Source: an uncultured Cytophagia bacterium | Lineage (GTDB): Bacteria > Zhuqueibacterota > Zhuqueibacteria > Residuimicrobiales > Oceaniaggregativiventaceae | Length of the DNA: 58,385 nt | Assembly: GCA_964413725.1 (NCBI GenBank) | Contig: CAYPUH010000001.1 | Coordinates: 1-58,385, forward strand | Direction of reading: 5' to 3' | The notes under the pieces: generated by a model | What the model was told of the DNA's origin: nothing | The model's input: the letters and a program-made list of their open reading frames with translations, nothing else | Database searches by the model: none | Made by a program: the position numbers and the translations under genes | Shown here: positions 46,684 to 55,738 of the stretch, in pieces | Layout of the letters: the number at the start of each line of letters is the position of its first letter | Numbering within the stretch: position 1 is the first letter of the stretch

Positions 46684-47229
46684 ATGACCCATTCAACCCC
46701 CATTTTATTTGTATCGCCACTGGTGATTCTGGTGACAGGTCTGCCGGCCTCCGGTAAAACCACCGTGGCCCGTCAGGTGGCCCGACACCTCGGCTTGCCG
46801 GTTTTTGGTAAGGATGACTTTAAGGAGGTTCTCTTTGACACCCTCGGCTGGAAAGACCTCGAGTGGTCCCGACAGTTGAGCCAGAGCTGTCATGGATTGT
46901 TGCAATGTGTTGTCGAAACAAAAGTGACCAATGCCGATCTGGAGCCCGAGTCCTGGATCCGGGACTCGCGACCGACCGAAGAGATCCGAAAGGAGCTGTT
47001 ACAGATTACGGGCGTGGGTCCGTATGCTGCCGCGTCTATACTGATGCTATTGGGACGGTATGATGAAATCGCCGTCGATACTGTATTTCGGGCTTTTGTC
47101 ACAACAACATACTTTGATGACAGGGTTCCATCGGCCAAACAAGTCAAAGCTGTATACGACCGATGGGGGCAGTGGCGTTTTTTGGCCTACTGGTTTGATA
47201 GGTGGCCGGGAATGGATACCGTATTGTAA
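46684..47229 (+). CDS. Chimeric ORF: truncated P-loop kinase N-terminus fused to a truncated HhH-GPD (AlkA-like glycosylase) C-terminus; possible pseudogene
   Basis: Residues about 14-45 (LVTGLPASGKTTVARQVARHLGLPVFGKDDFK) are a Walker-A/AAA_33-type kinase start. Residues about 100-181 (LLQITGVGPYAAASILMLLGRYDEIAVDTVFRAF...WGQWRFLAYWFDRW) match the helix-hairpin-helix and C-terminal part of AlkA-type glycosylases. Both halves are far shorter than complete domains. Confidence 0.55.
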   Translation: MTHSTPILFVSPLVILVTGLPASGKTTVARQVARHLGLPVFGKDDFKEVLFDTLGWKDLEWSRQLSQSCHGLLQCVVETKVTNADLEPESWIRDSRPTEEIRKELLQITGVGPYAAASILMLLGRYDEIAVDTVFRAFVTTTYFDDRVPSAKQVKAVYDRWGQWRFLAYWFDRWPGMDTVL

Positions 47230-47239
47230 ATGAGAGGAT

Positions 47240-48166
47240 ATGATGAGACAAGGATTTTTTGTTTTTCGGTTTGAGCCATATGTGCTGTTGGTGATGGCAT
47301 TGGTGTTCGGTCTTGCCTGTACAGAATCCGATCCGGAGACCTATCAGGCATCGATCGATGCCTGGCATGAGGAGCGTATTGCATCTCTGCAGGAGCCTGA
47401 AGGATGGCTGAGTCTGGCGGGTCTGTATTGGTTGCATGACGGTGACAATACATTTGGATCCGCGCCGGAAAATGATATTGTCTTCCCGTATGATGATGCG
47501 CCGGCACAGATGGGGACGTTGGTGGTCGAGCATGGAACCGTAGAACTCCGGGTCCATCCGGGCGTCGACATTTATTCGGACGGTCAATCTGCTGAATCTT
47601 TTATATTAAAGAGTGATGCCGGTGGCACACCGACGAGACTGGAGTGGGGGTCTCTGGTGTGGTATGTCATCGAACGAGGCGGTCAATTGGGTGTCCGGCT
47701 GAAAGATCGGAAACACCCGCGTCTGGAGGCGTTTAAAGGCATTCCCCGCTTTCCGGTAGATCCGGACTGGCGACTGGAGGCCGAATTTGAACCGTACGAT
47801 TCGATCAAAACGATACCCATTCCCACGGTGCTGGGGACGGAATCGGGGCAGAGGTGTCCGGGAGAGCTGATCTTTACCTATCGGGATCACACCTATAGAC
47901 TGGAACCTCTGGCGGCCTCGGTCCGGGAACCGTTTTTTCTTATCTTTGCCGACGCTACCAATGGTGAATCTACTTATCCTCCCGGCCGATTTGTGCTTGT
48001 GGATCCTCCGGATGACGATGGGACGACGATTATTGATTTTAACAAAGCGTATAATCCACCCTGTGCCTTTTCACCCTATGCGACCTGTCCGCTGCCACCA
48101 CCTCAGAACAGATTGCCGTTTGCCGTCACAGCCGGAGAACAATTTAGGGGAAACGTATCGCACTGA
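47240..48166 (+). CDS. DUF1684 domain protein
   Basis: The characteristic C-terminal motif DFNKAYNPPCAFSPYATCPLPPPQNRL is present, together with an N-terminal hydrophobic or lipoprotein-like segment. Confidence 0.85.
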   Translation: MMRQGFFVFRFEPYVLLVMALVFGLACTESDPETYQASIDAWHEERIASLQEPEGWLSLAGLYWLHDGDNTFGSAPENDIVFPYDDAPAQMGTLVVEHGTVELRVHPGVDIYSDGQSAESFILKSDAGGTPTRLEWGSLVWYVIERGGQLGVRLKDRKHPRLEAFKGIPRFPVDPDWRLEAEFEPYDSIKTIPIPTVLGTESGQRCPGELIFTYRDHTYRLEPLAASVREPFFLIFADATNGESTYPPGRFVLVDPPDDDGTTIIDFNKAYNPPCAFSPYATCPLPPPQNRLPFAVTAGEQFRGNVSH

Positions 48167-48537
48167 TCGCCTGGTAAGGGTTCAGGATGGTTTGCGAAAG
48201 GATCGGAGCTGTGCTGTTGTTAAACAAATAACAGTCAGTGTGCAATCAATAGTATCAGGGAGAATTTTAAATCCGGTATGTTCGTGTATTGTGATACACA
48301 GAGGGGGGCAATATGCTGGGAGCCCTCGCCGCTTGTTGTATATTATCGATCGATTTTGTGACGTGTTTTCATGCGGTGCCCAGGACTAGGCCAGACTCGC
48401 AACAGAGATAGAGGATGCAGAGTCTGGTGACCCCATCTCTCCGGTCGGTTGAAACCGGTATCGAACAGTGTCTGTCGTTTCACTGCTCTGGTTCCGGGGA
48501 CATCTTCTCACTTACCACCAATAATGGAGTCAAACCG

Positions 48538-49551
48538 ATGAGTAGATTGGTTTTCTCGGGTTTGTTGTTGGTTATCGTCATCTCCCTTGGCTTGGGGTGC
48601 CGCACGCAACAGGCTGAAGATCGCTTTCCCGATTTTGAACACCGGGGAGTTATTTTACATCCGGATTCACTAGAGTACAATCCATGTGATGATGTGATTT
48701 TTCCGTCGGTGGTTCGGGCGGATTTGATTTTTACTAATCCACTGGGGAAATATTATCTCTACTATGCACCACACAACGCACCGGGAGGGATTTGTCTGGC
48801 CTATTCCGATTCGTTAACCGGGGGCTGGACGGAATATCATACGAATCCTTTGATCCGCAATATATGGGAGCCGCATTATCGGGTTTCACATATTTCCAGT
48901 CCGCACGCGATCTGGAATCCGGAAGAGGAGAGCCTGTTCCTCTACTACCACGGGGAGAACAGCCACACGCGATTGGCATCGAGTGTAAACGGTGTCGAAT
49001 TTGAATATGAAGGTGTGGCGATGGATACCCGTCAATATGCCGGAGAAAAAGCGGTGAGTTACGCCCGGGTCTTTCGCTACAGTCTGCCTGCAAAAGACAA
49101 TCGTTGGATCATGTTGTGGTCGGGTATGAAGGCGGATTCGTTGCGAATTTATCTGGCCTGGTCGAAAGACGGCCGCGACTGGACAGCTCAGGATGAGCCG
49201 TTGATCTCACCCCCTTCATTGGAGCACATCCATCATTTGTGTTCGCCCTTTTATTTCCCTCACCAGGGAAAACACTATGTGCTCTACCATGCCGATTTTT
49301 TTCCCCCGGATGTCGATGGAATGTTGACCGATGTTCTGGCCACAGAAGTGGGAGCTGCATTTGATCGGCAGCGGTTCGCCGGCACGGTTTATCGACATAC
49401 CGCGGTTTCCGAGAGCAATTACCGGGAAAGCGATCCCTTTTTGGTGCGGGAAGGCAATCGGTGGTATCTGTTCACCTCGATTGGCAAACGATTGAATCAG
49501 TCCCTTGCCGTGGCCACAGCGCCGGTCCGCGATGAACCTCTGAACCCGTAA
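48538..49551 (+). CDS. Lipoprotein, possibly a beta-propeller glycoside-hydrolase-like protein
   Basis: I chose the start at MSRLVFSGLLLVIVISLGLGC, which contains a lipobox. Segments such as YYLYYAPHNAPGGICLAYSDSLTGGWTEY and LFLYYHGE resemble GH43/GH130-type propeller blades. The family call is weak. Confidence 0.5.
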   Translation: MSRLVFSGLLLVIVISLGLGCRTQQAEDRFPDFEHRGVILHPDSLEYNPCDDVIFPSVVRADLIFTNPLGKYYLYYAPHNAPGGICLAYSDSLTGGWTEYHTNPLIRNIWEPHYRVSHISSPHAIWNPEEESLFLYYHGENSHTRLASSVNGVEFEYEGVAMDTRQYAGEKAVSYARVFRYSLPAKDNRWIMLWSGMKADSLRIYLAWSKDGRDWTAQDEPLISPPSLEHIHHLCSPFYFPHQGKHYVLYHADFFPPDVDGMLTDVLATEVGAAFDRQRFAGTVYRHTAVSESNYRESDPFLVREGNRWYLFTSIGKRLNQSLAVATAPVRDEPLNP

Positions 49552-49568
49552 TAAGATCCTGTACGGCT

Positions 49569-49850
49569 TTAGGACCGCTTTTGTCGATCCAGAATATCCG
49601 AGACGATCTGCGTGATGGTGACCACCTTGTGTTGCGAGGGGGTTTCCAGGCGTTGAAGCATCTCTTCACCATGCTGGCTTTTGATAAACTCTTGAATGGG
49701 CAGGCGTTCGTGCCAGCAGTCGAGAATTTTTTTACACGGTGTGTTACCATGCGTCGACCGGCAGTACGAGAACGGGATTTGATGACCCAGCATGGGACAG
49801 CGTCTTTCCTGGTGATCAAACTGTTCAGGTGTCATCTTTTGGTTATCCAT
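49569..49850 (-). CDS. Small Cys/His-rich hypothetical protein
   Basis: 93-aa ORF with the pattern C-x4-H...YC...H...PC...DCWH. It lies downstream of trpB2, beyond a strong hairpin. I recognise no family. Confidence 0.45.
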   Translation of the reverse strand: MDNQKMTPEQFDHQERRCPMLGHQIPFSYCRSTHGNTPCKKILDCWHERLPIQEFIKSQHGEEMLQRLETPSQHKVVTITQIVSDILDRQKRS

Positions 49851-49933
49851 TCTGTATCCTGTGGTTCGGTTCAGAAATTATGGGTATTTTTGCTGTCAGA
49901 CATTCTTTCCCTCAACCATATAAGGGGAAGAAT

Positions 49934-49960
49934 CGGGAGATCCGGAATCCGGATCTCCCG
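49934..49960 (-). terminator. 12-bp perfect hairpin after trpB2 (CGGGAGATCCGG-aat-CCGGATCTCCCG)
   Basis: It lies 27 nt downstream of the trpB2 stop. The trailing sequence on the minus strand (AUUCUUCCCCUUA) is only moderately U-rich. Confidence 0.55.
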
Positions 49961-49986
49961 TGACAAACGTTATAGGGCTATTGGGT

Positions 49987-51357
49987 CTATTCCGGTTTGG
50001 GAAGTGAATCCATAACAGCCAGAGAGCGTTTGATCTCATCCTCCGGAAGCGGATAATTGTCCAGTTTTCCCTGAAAATAGGCATCGTATCCGGTGAGGTC
50101 CATGAGACCGTGGCCGCTCCAGTTAAAGATGATGACTTTTTCTTTGCCTTCCTCTTTGGCTTTGTTGGCCTCATCGATGGTTGCGGCAATGGCATGGCTG
50201 GTTTCCGGTGCCGGGATAAACCCTTCGGTGCGGGCCCAAAGGACAGCGGCACTGTAACAATCCAATTGATCATAGGCTCTGGGCGCCATAAGACCTTCCC
50301 GAACGGCATGGCTGACAAGAGGAGACATGCCGTGATACCTCAGACCGCCTGCATGGATCGGTGGGGGAACAAACTTGTGTCCGAGTGAATACATGGGCAT
50401 TAGAGGGGTGGTCTCGGCGTTGTCACCAAAATCATAGGCAAAGGGAGCCCGTGTCAGGGTGGGACAGGCCGACGGTTCGGCGGGAATGATTTCGATGGCG
50501 TCTCCGTGAATTTTGTCGCGAACAAACGGGAACGCCAGCCCGGCAAAGTTGCTTCCTCCTCCGGCGCATCCGATCACCACATCTGCCTGTTTTTCACCGG
50601 CCACTTTGAGTTGTTCCTGAGCTTCCTGACCGATGACCGTCTGATGCAGCATCACATGATTGAGCACGCTGCCGAGAGAATAGCGTGTTTTTCCGCTTGA
50701 ATCTCCCACCGCAGCTTCTATAGCCTCACTGATGGCGATACCGAGGCTGCCGGGCGTTTCGGGTGATTCCTTGAGAATAGCACGCCCCACCTCGGTATCT
50801 TCACTGGGACTGGGTACGCATTTTCCACCCCAGGTTTCCATCATGAGTCGACGAAACGGTTTCTGGTCGAAACTGATTCGAACCATGTAGACTTTACACT
50901 CCAACCCCAGCAGCGCGCAGGCAAAACTGAGAGCGCTGCCCCACTGACCGGCGCCTGTCTCAGTGGTGATCCGTTCAATTCCGAATTCCTTATTGTAATA
51001 GGCTTGTGCCACAGCGGTATTGGGTTTGTGGCTGCCCGGAGGACTCACCCCCTCATTTTTATAATAGATACGGGCCGGTGTTCCCAGCGCCTCCTCCAGT
51101 CGGTGAGCCCGATACAGGGGAGACGGTCGCCAGAGGCTGTAGATTTCCAGAATTTTTTCCGGTATCTGAATCCATCTCTCGGTACTGACTTCCTGTTCGA
51201 TGAGATTCATGGGGAAAACCGGGGCCAGCATGTCCGGTGAGACAGGCTGGCCATCCGGCCCCAGAGGGGGAAGAGGTGGCGTCGGTAGATCTGCTGCCAG
51301 ATTGTACCATTGTTTGGGAATAGAGTTTTCATCCAGTGTAATTTTGGTCGGTTCCAT
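49987..51357 (-). CDS. trpB: TrpB2-type (long form) tryptophan synthase beta-like PLP enzyme
   Basis: I chose the start at [19 protein letters not shown] because GGAGGA lies upstream. It has the PLP-lysine region GSHKPNTA and the N-terminal extension and length typical of TrpB2 rather than TrpB1. No other trp genes are in the window. Confidence 0.9.
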   Translation of the reverse strand: MEPTKITLDENSIPKQWYNLAADLPTPPLPPLGPDGQPVSPDMLAPVFPMNLIEQEVSTERWIQIPEKILEIYSLWRPSPLYRAHRLEEALGTPARIYYKNEGVSPPGSHKPNTAVAQAYYNKEFGIERITTETGAGQWGSALSFACALLGLECKVYMVRISFDQKPFRRLMMETWGGKCVPSPSEDTEVGRAILKESPETPGSLGIAISEAIEAAVGDSSGKTRYSLGSVLNHVMLHQTVIGQEAQEQLKVAGEKQADVVIGCAGGGSNFAGLAFPFVRDKIHGDAIEIIPAEPSACPTLTRAPFAYDFGDNAETTPLMPMYSLGHKFVPPPIHAGGLRYHGMSPLVSHAVREGLMAPRAYDQLDCYSAAVLWARTEGFIPAPETSHAIAATIDEANKAKEEGKEKVIIFNWSGHGLMDLTGYDAYFQGKLDNYPLPEDEIKRSLAVMDSLPKPE

Positions 51358-51380
51358 GACGCATCCTCCGTTGTTAGAGT

Positions 51381-51417
51381 AAAAAAAAAGCCCGCCACGA
51401 GAAATCACGTAGCGGGC
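51381..51417 (-). terminator. Attenuator terminator in the trpB2 leader
   Basis: The minus strand reads GCCCGC-U-ACG-ugauuucu-CGU-G-GCGGGC followed by nine U. It ends 23 nt before the trpB2 ATG. Confidence 0.85.
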
Positions 51418-51452
51418 AGTATTGGTTTCATACTATCAATGGCGGTTAAGCC

Positions 51453-51548
51453 TTATGGCACTCCACTCCCACTACGTCGGGACACAGTCCACCACCAGCC
51501 CCACCAGAGGGTCCAGAGAAGGTTCGACATTGTGGTCAGAGTACGCAT
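51453..51548 (-). CDS. trpL: Trp-rich leader peptide (31 aa) of the trpB2 attenuator
   Basis: I translated it codon by codon: MRTLTTMSNLLWTLWWGWWWTVSRRSGSGVP*. It has six TGG codons, including WW-G-WWW. It is too short for the supplied ORF track. Confidence 0.75.
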   Translation of the reverse strand: MRTLTTMSNLLWTLWWGWWWTVSRRSGSGVP

Positions 51549-51619
51549 TTTTAATTCTGTCCCTTAATCGTTAAGAAAAGAAACCGTTTGTTCCAAAGAA
51601 AAAATCTTGTGGCCATTGA

Positions 51620-51648
51620 AATATATAAAAAATTCAACAGGCTGTCAA
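51620..51648 (-). promoter_or_regulatory. Sigma-70-like promoter TTGACA-17 nt-TATATT for the trpB2 leader
   Basis: On the minus strand the -35 TTGACA lies at 51648-51643 and the -10 TATATT at 51625-51620, with an exact 17-nt spacer. This is about 70 nt upstream of the leader-peptide ATG. Confidence 0.65.
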
Positions 51649-51882
51649 GTGATTTGATAAAAAAAAGGGAATCCACTCTTGTCGAAAATACCTTTTTGCA
51701 CCAACAATGCCGAGACCGATTATATGTTCGGCGAACCCGTCACGGTATGGGATGAATGTAGCCAGGAGGCCCATTATCGGTACCACCCGGATCCGAAGCA
51801 AAGCCATTCGATATGGCTACAAGGAGAGTCCGGAACGCGAGGTGATCATTACCGTGCCGTCCTGAACCGGAATCCATTGGCC

Positions 51883-52497
51883 TCAAAAGGATGACCCTGT
51901 GTTGATTCGGGGAGGGTGATTGTCTTCCCAGGTTTTGATATCCTCCATGTATTCCAGTAAACACCCCAAGGGATCCAGTCCTTTGATCAGGCACCTTTTG
52001 TTAAACGGATCGATATCAAAGGAGACAGATCGATCTGTTCTCCAGGATAGGGTCTGAGCCTGCACATCCACATGCCATGGAGAGTCGGGGGCGTTCTGGA
52101 TTGTGGACAGCAAATCCTGATGGACATCTGCGGGAACGACGATGGGAAGAAGACCGTTTTTCAGAGAATTGTTATTAAAGATATCGGCAAAGCTTGTGCT
52201 CACGATGACGCGAAAGCCATAGGCCAGGAGGGCCCAGGGGGCATGTTCCCGGCTGGATCCACAGCCAAAGTTGTCGCCGGCCAGAAGAAACGTTGCATCT
52301 CGGCTTTCCGGCCGATTGAGAATGAAATCGGATCGTTGTTCGCCCGCCTCGTTGGTGCGCCAGTCGTAAAACAAACCGTCGCGCAGTCCGTGTTTGTCGG
52401 TCACCTTTAGAAACCGGGCGGGTATGATCTGATCGGTATCGATATCATTCACCGGCAATGCCACGGCGATTCCTGTTAGATGTTGTAATGGCTCCAT
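51883..52497 (-). CDS. leuD: 3-isopropylmalate dehydratase small subunit
   Basis: I chose the start at MEPLQHLTG. The motifs DTDQIIPARFL and GDNFGCGSSREHAPWAL are present. Confidence 0.93.
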   Translation of the reverse strand: MEPLQHLTGIAVALPVNDIDTDQIIPARFLKVTDKHGLRDGLFYDWRTNEAGEQRSDFILNRPESRDATFLLAGDNFGCGSSREHAPWALLAYGFRVIVSTSFADIFNNNSLKNGLLPIVVPADVHQDLLSTIQNAPDSPWHVDVQAQTLSWRTDRSVSFDIDPFNKRCLIKGLDPLGCLLEYMEDIKTWEDNHPPRINTGSSF

Positions 52498-52540
52498 AAA
52501 GACCTCTTTTTTGATAAGACACTTGGTTCGGATGGACTCT

Positions 52541-53974
52541 TTAGATCGCAGTGGTTTTGGCCAGGTGGGGCCAGGTACGAACATCGGTTATTTTTCCGGT
52601 CAGGGCCGTGGCGGCTGCTGTCAGTGGACTGGCGAGAATGGTTCTACTTCCTTTGCCCTGTCTGCCTTCAAAATTGCGATTGCTGGTGCTCACGGCCAGC
52701 TGTCCGCGTTCCAGCTGATCTCCGTTCATGGCGATACACATGCTGCATCCCGATTCTCTCCAGTCGGCCCCTGCTTTTTTGAAAATCCGATCGAGGCCTT
52801 CGGTCTCTGCCTGTTTTTTGACGGTTTGTGAGCCGGGCACGACCAGAACCCGGGTTTGGGGTGAGATCTGTTGCCCCTTGAGGATGTGTGCGGCTTCCCG
52901 GAGGTCGGAAAGACGTCCGTTGGTGCAGCTGCCGATAAAGACCACATCCACAGGGTGGCCCAAAAGCCGGCTATTGGGCTGGAGGTCCATATAGTCGAGT
53001 GCTTTTTGCAGTGCTGCCTTTCGGGTGATGTCGGATTCCCGGGCGGGATCGGGAATACTGCCATCGATGGGGATACCCATTCCGGGATGGGTGCCAAAGG
53101 TGATCATCGGGGCGAGCTGGGCGGCATTGAGGGATACGGTCCGATCAAACGAGGCGTCGGGGTCTGATGGCAGGGATCGCCACATGTCCACGGCATAGTC
53201 CCACTGTTCACCGCGGGGTGCATGGGGACGTCCGGCCAGGTACTCGAAGGTGGTGTCATCCGGCGCGACCATGCCGGCGCGGGCACCGGCTTCGATGCTC
53301 ATATTACAGATGGTCATGCGTTCTTCCATGGACAGTGCCTGAATCGTCGAACCGGCATATTCGATCACATGACCGGTTCCGCCACCGACTCCGATTTTGG
53401 CGATCAATGCCAGGATCACGTCTTTGGCGGTGACACCGGGGGGGAGCAAACCGCCGATGTTGACCTTCATGGTTTTGGGTTTGACTTGAAGCAGTGTCTG
53501 GGTTGCCAGAACGTGCCCCACCTCGCTGGTTCCGATCCCAAACGCCAGGGCTCCAAATGCGCCGTGGGTGCTGGTATGGCTATCGCCGCAGACGATGGTC
53601 ATACCCGGCTGAGTGAGGGCCTGTTCCGGTCCGATGACGTGAACGATGCCCCGGGTGTCCGATTCCATGTCGTGTAACGGAATCTGAAAGTCTTTGCAGT
53701 TTTGCTTCAGTGATTCGATTTGCGCGGCTGCCTGGCGATCTGCCCAGGTTTTATAGACGTCCCGGGTTGGCACGGAATGATCCATCGTCGCTATCGTTTG
53801 GTGGGGACGATGTACGGACAATCCCCGGTCTCTGAGCATCTGAAAGGCCTGCGGGGAAGTGACCTCGTGGATCAATTGAAGGTCAATATAGAGAATAGAG
53901 GGGGCATTGGTCTGATGGCGGACCACATGATGATCCCAGATTTTTTCGAAACAGGTTTTTGCGGGTACTTTCAT
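52541..53974 (-). CDS. leuC: 3-isopropylmalate dehydratase large subunit
   Basis: 477 aa of the aconitase family, with Fe-S ligand regions ([30 protein letters not shown]). Confidence 0.95.
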   Translation of the reverse strand: MKVPAKTCFEKIWDHHVVRHQTNAPSILYIDLQLIHEVTSPQAFQMLRDRGLSVHRPHQTIATMDHSVPTRDVYKTWADRQAAAQIESLKQNCKDFQIPLHDMESDTRGIVHVIGPEQALTQPGMTIVCGDSHTSTHGAFGALAFGIGTSEVGHVLATQTLLQVKPKTMKVNIGGLLPPGVTAKDVILALIAKIGVGGGTGHVIEYAGSTIQALSMEERMTICNMSIEAGARAGMVAPDDTTFEYLAGRPHAPRGEQWDYAVDMWRSLPSDPDASFDRTVSLNAAQLAPMITFGTHPGMGIPIDGSIPDPARESDITRKAALQKALDYMDLQPNSRLLGHPVDVVFIGSCTNGRLSDLREAAHILKGQQISPQTRVLVVPGSQTVKKQAETEGLDRIFKKAGADWRESGCSMCIAMNGDQLERGQLAVSTSNRNFEGRQGKGSRTILASPLTAAATALTGKITDVRTWPHLAKTTAI

Positions 53975-54022
53975 ATATACTCCTTGAATGTCATTTTACA
54001 ACTGTCAGGACAACCCCGATGC

Positions 54023-55735
54023 CTACACATCAAACCGATCCGGATCGAGCCGCTCGAGAATCATCTCACTGACAGCTGCACCGGCGGGCACCATGGGAAA
54101 GACCATCTCTTCCTTTACCGTAACGAATTCCAGGACCACCGGCCGGTCATCGACGGACATCATCCAGTTCAGGGCCGCGTCAATCTCTGCGGGATCGGTA
54201 ACTCTGCGACCCTCGCATTTCATCCCTTTTGCCACCTGAATGAAATCCGGATTGCTGGGTGACAGGTCGGTGAACGAGAACCGTGAGGAATGGAACAGTT
54301 CCTGCCATTGCCGGACCATACCGAGATAACTGTTGTTAAAGATGATAAATTTTACAGGCATCTTGTAATAGGCCGCGGTCACCAGTTCCTGGATATTCAT
54401 CTGAAAACCACCGTCTCCGGAGATCGAGATCACGGGCAGATCTTTTCGTCCAAAGGCCGCACCGATGGCGGCGGGAAGTGAAAATCCCATCGTGCCCAGT
54501 CCACCGGATGTGATATGGGTACGCGGTCGGGTAAATTTAAAATATTGCGCTACCCACATTTGATTCTGTCCCACGTCGGTGGTTACCACCGCCTTGCCAC
54601 CGGTGATCTCCGAGAGACGTTTTAGTACCGGTTGGGGTCTCAGGTGTTTTGGATCTTCCGGATAGGTGAGGGGACATTGTTGTCGCCAGCCTTTGATCTT
54701 TTCCCACCAGGTGGCGAGATCCATTGGTTGATCGAATTGTTGATTTAACCGATTCAAAATTGCACGCACGTCACCGACGATGGGGAAATCCACTTTAATG
54801 TTTTTGTTGATCGACGCCGGATCGATGTCGATATGGAGCTTTACGGCATGCGGGGCGAATTCACTGATTTTGCCGGTAACACGATCATCGAAACGGGCTC
54901 CTATCGCGATAAGATAATCGCACTCATTTACGGCCTGGTTGGCGGTAAAGGTGCCGTGCATCCCGAGCATCCCCAGGAAGTGCGGATGGGTTCCGGGAAA
55001 GGCACCCAGGCCGTGCAGTGTGAGGGTCACTGGAATGCCGGTGCTTTTTGACAATTTTGTCAATTCTTCGGAGGCATCTGAAAGAATAGCGCCACCGCCG
55101 GCATAGATCAGCGGTTGTTTGGCTTGGCGAATGGCCTTGGCCGCGTTGTGGATCATGGGTAGATGGCCTTCAATGCGGGGATTGTATCCTTTGATCTGGA
55201 TGTTTTCCGGCCAGTTGAACTCTCCCTCCGCCAGAATGACATCTTTGCAGATATCGACCACCACCGGACCGGGCCGGCCTGTCGTGGCGACATGAAAGGC
55301 CTTCCGAATGCTGGGAGCCAGATCCTGCACAGTGCGAACCAGTACGCTCCACTTTGTAATCGACCGGGTGATGCCTGTGGTATCGGCCTCCTGAAAGGCA
55401 TCGTTGCCGATCAACTGGCTGGGAACCTGTCCGGTAAAGACCACGATGGGGATGGAATCCATATAGGCGTCGGCGATTCCGGTGACCGTATTGGTGGCAC
55501 CGGGGCCGGAGGTGACCAGCACCACACCGGGTTTTCCCGTCGCTTTGGCGTATCCCTCTGCCATGTGGGTGGCTCCCTGTTCGTGGCGAACGAGGATATG
55601 TTTCAAAAAGTCGACATCATAGAGTTTATCATAAAGGTGAAGTACGGCTCCACCCGGGTATCCAAAGATGGTATCCACCCGTTCCCGTTTGAGACATTCA
55701 AAGAAAATGTCTGCGCCCGTCATTTTGGTTTTCAT
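54023..55735 (-). CDS. ilvB: Acetolactate synthase large (catalytic) subunit
   Basis: 570 aa with a ThDP enzyme signature (ISGDGGFQMNIQEL) and the N-terminal GYPGGAVL. Confidence 0.95.
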   Translation of the reverse strand: MKTKMTGADIFFECLKRERVDTIFGYPGGAVLHLYDKLYDVDFLKHILVRHEQGATHMAEGYAKATGKPGVVLVTSGPGATNTVTGIADAYMDSIPIVVFTGQVPSQLIGNDAFQEADTTGITRSITKWSVLVRTVQDLAPSIRKAFHVATTGRPGPVVVDICKDVILAEGEFNWPENIQIKGYNPRIEGHLPMIHNAAKAIRQAKQPLIYAGGGAILSDASEELTKLSKSTGIPVTLTLHGLGAFPGTHPHFLGMLGMHGTFTANQAVNECDYLIAIGARFDDRVTGKISEFAPHAVKLHIDIDPASINKNIKVDFPIVGDVRAILNRLNQQFDQPMDLATWWEKIKGWRQQCPLTYPEDPKHLRPQPVLKRLSEITGGKAVVTTDVGQNQMWVAQYFKFTRPRTHITSGGLGTMGFSLPAAIGAAFGRKDLPVISISGDGGFQMNIQELVTAAYYKMPVKFIIFNNSYLGMVRQWQELFHSSRFSFTDLSPSNPDFIQVAKGMKCEGRRVTDPAEIDAALNWMMSVDDRPVVLEFVTVKEEMVFPMVPAGAAVSEMILERLDPDRFDV

Positions 55736-55738
55736 AGA

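Noticed and set aside
51515-51535. GGTTCGA-type T-loop-like strings (here and at 36823 and 57493) as possible tRNA genes.
   Set aside because: No flanking acceptor, anticodon or T-stem complementarity is present. Two of the three lie in coding or leader sequence that is already explained.
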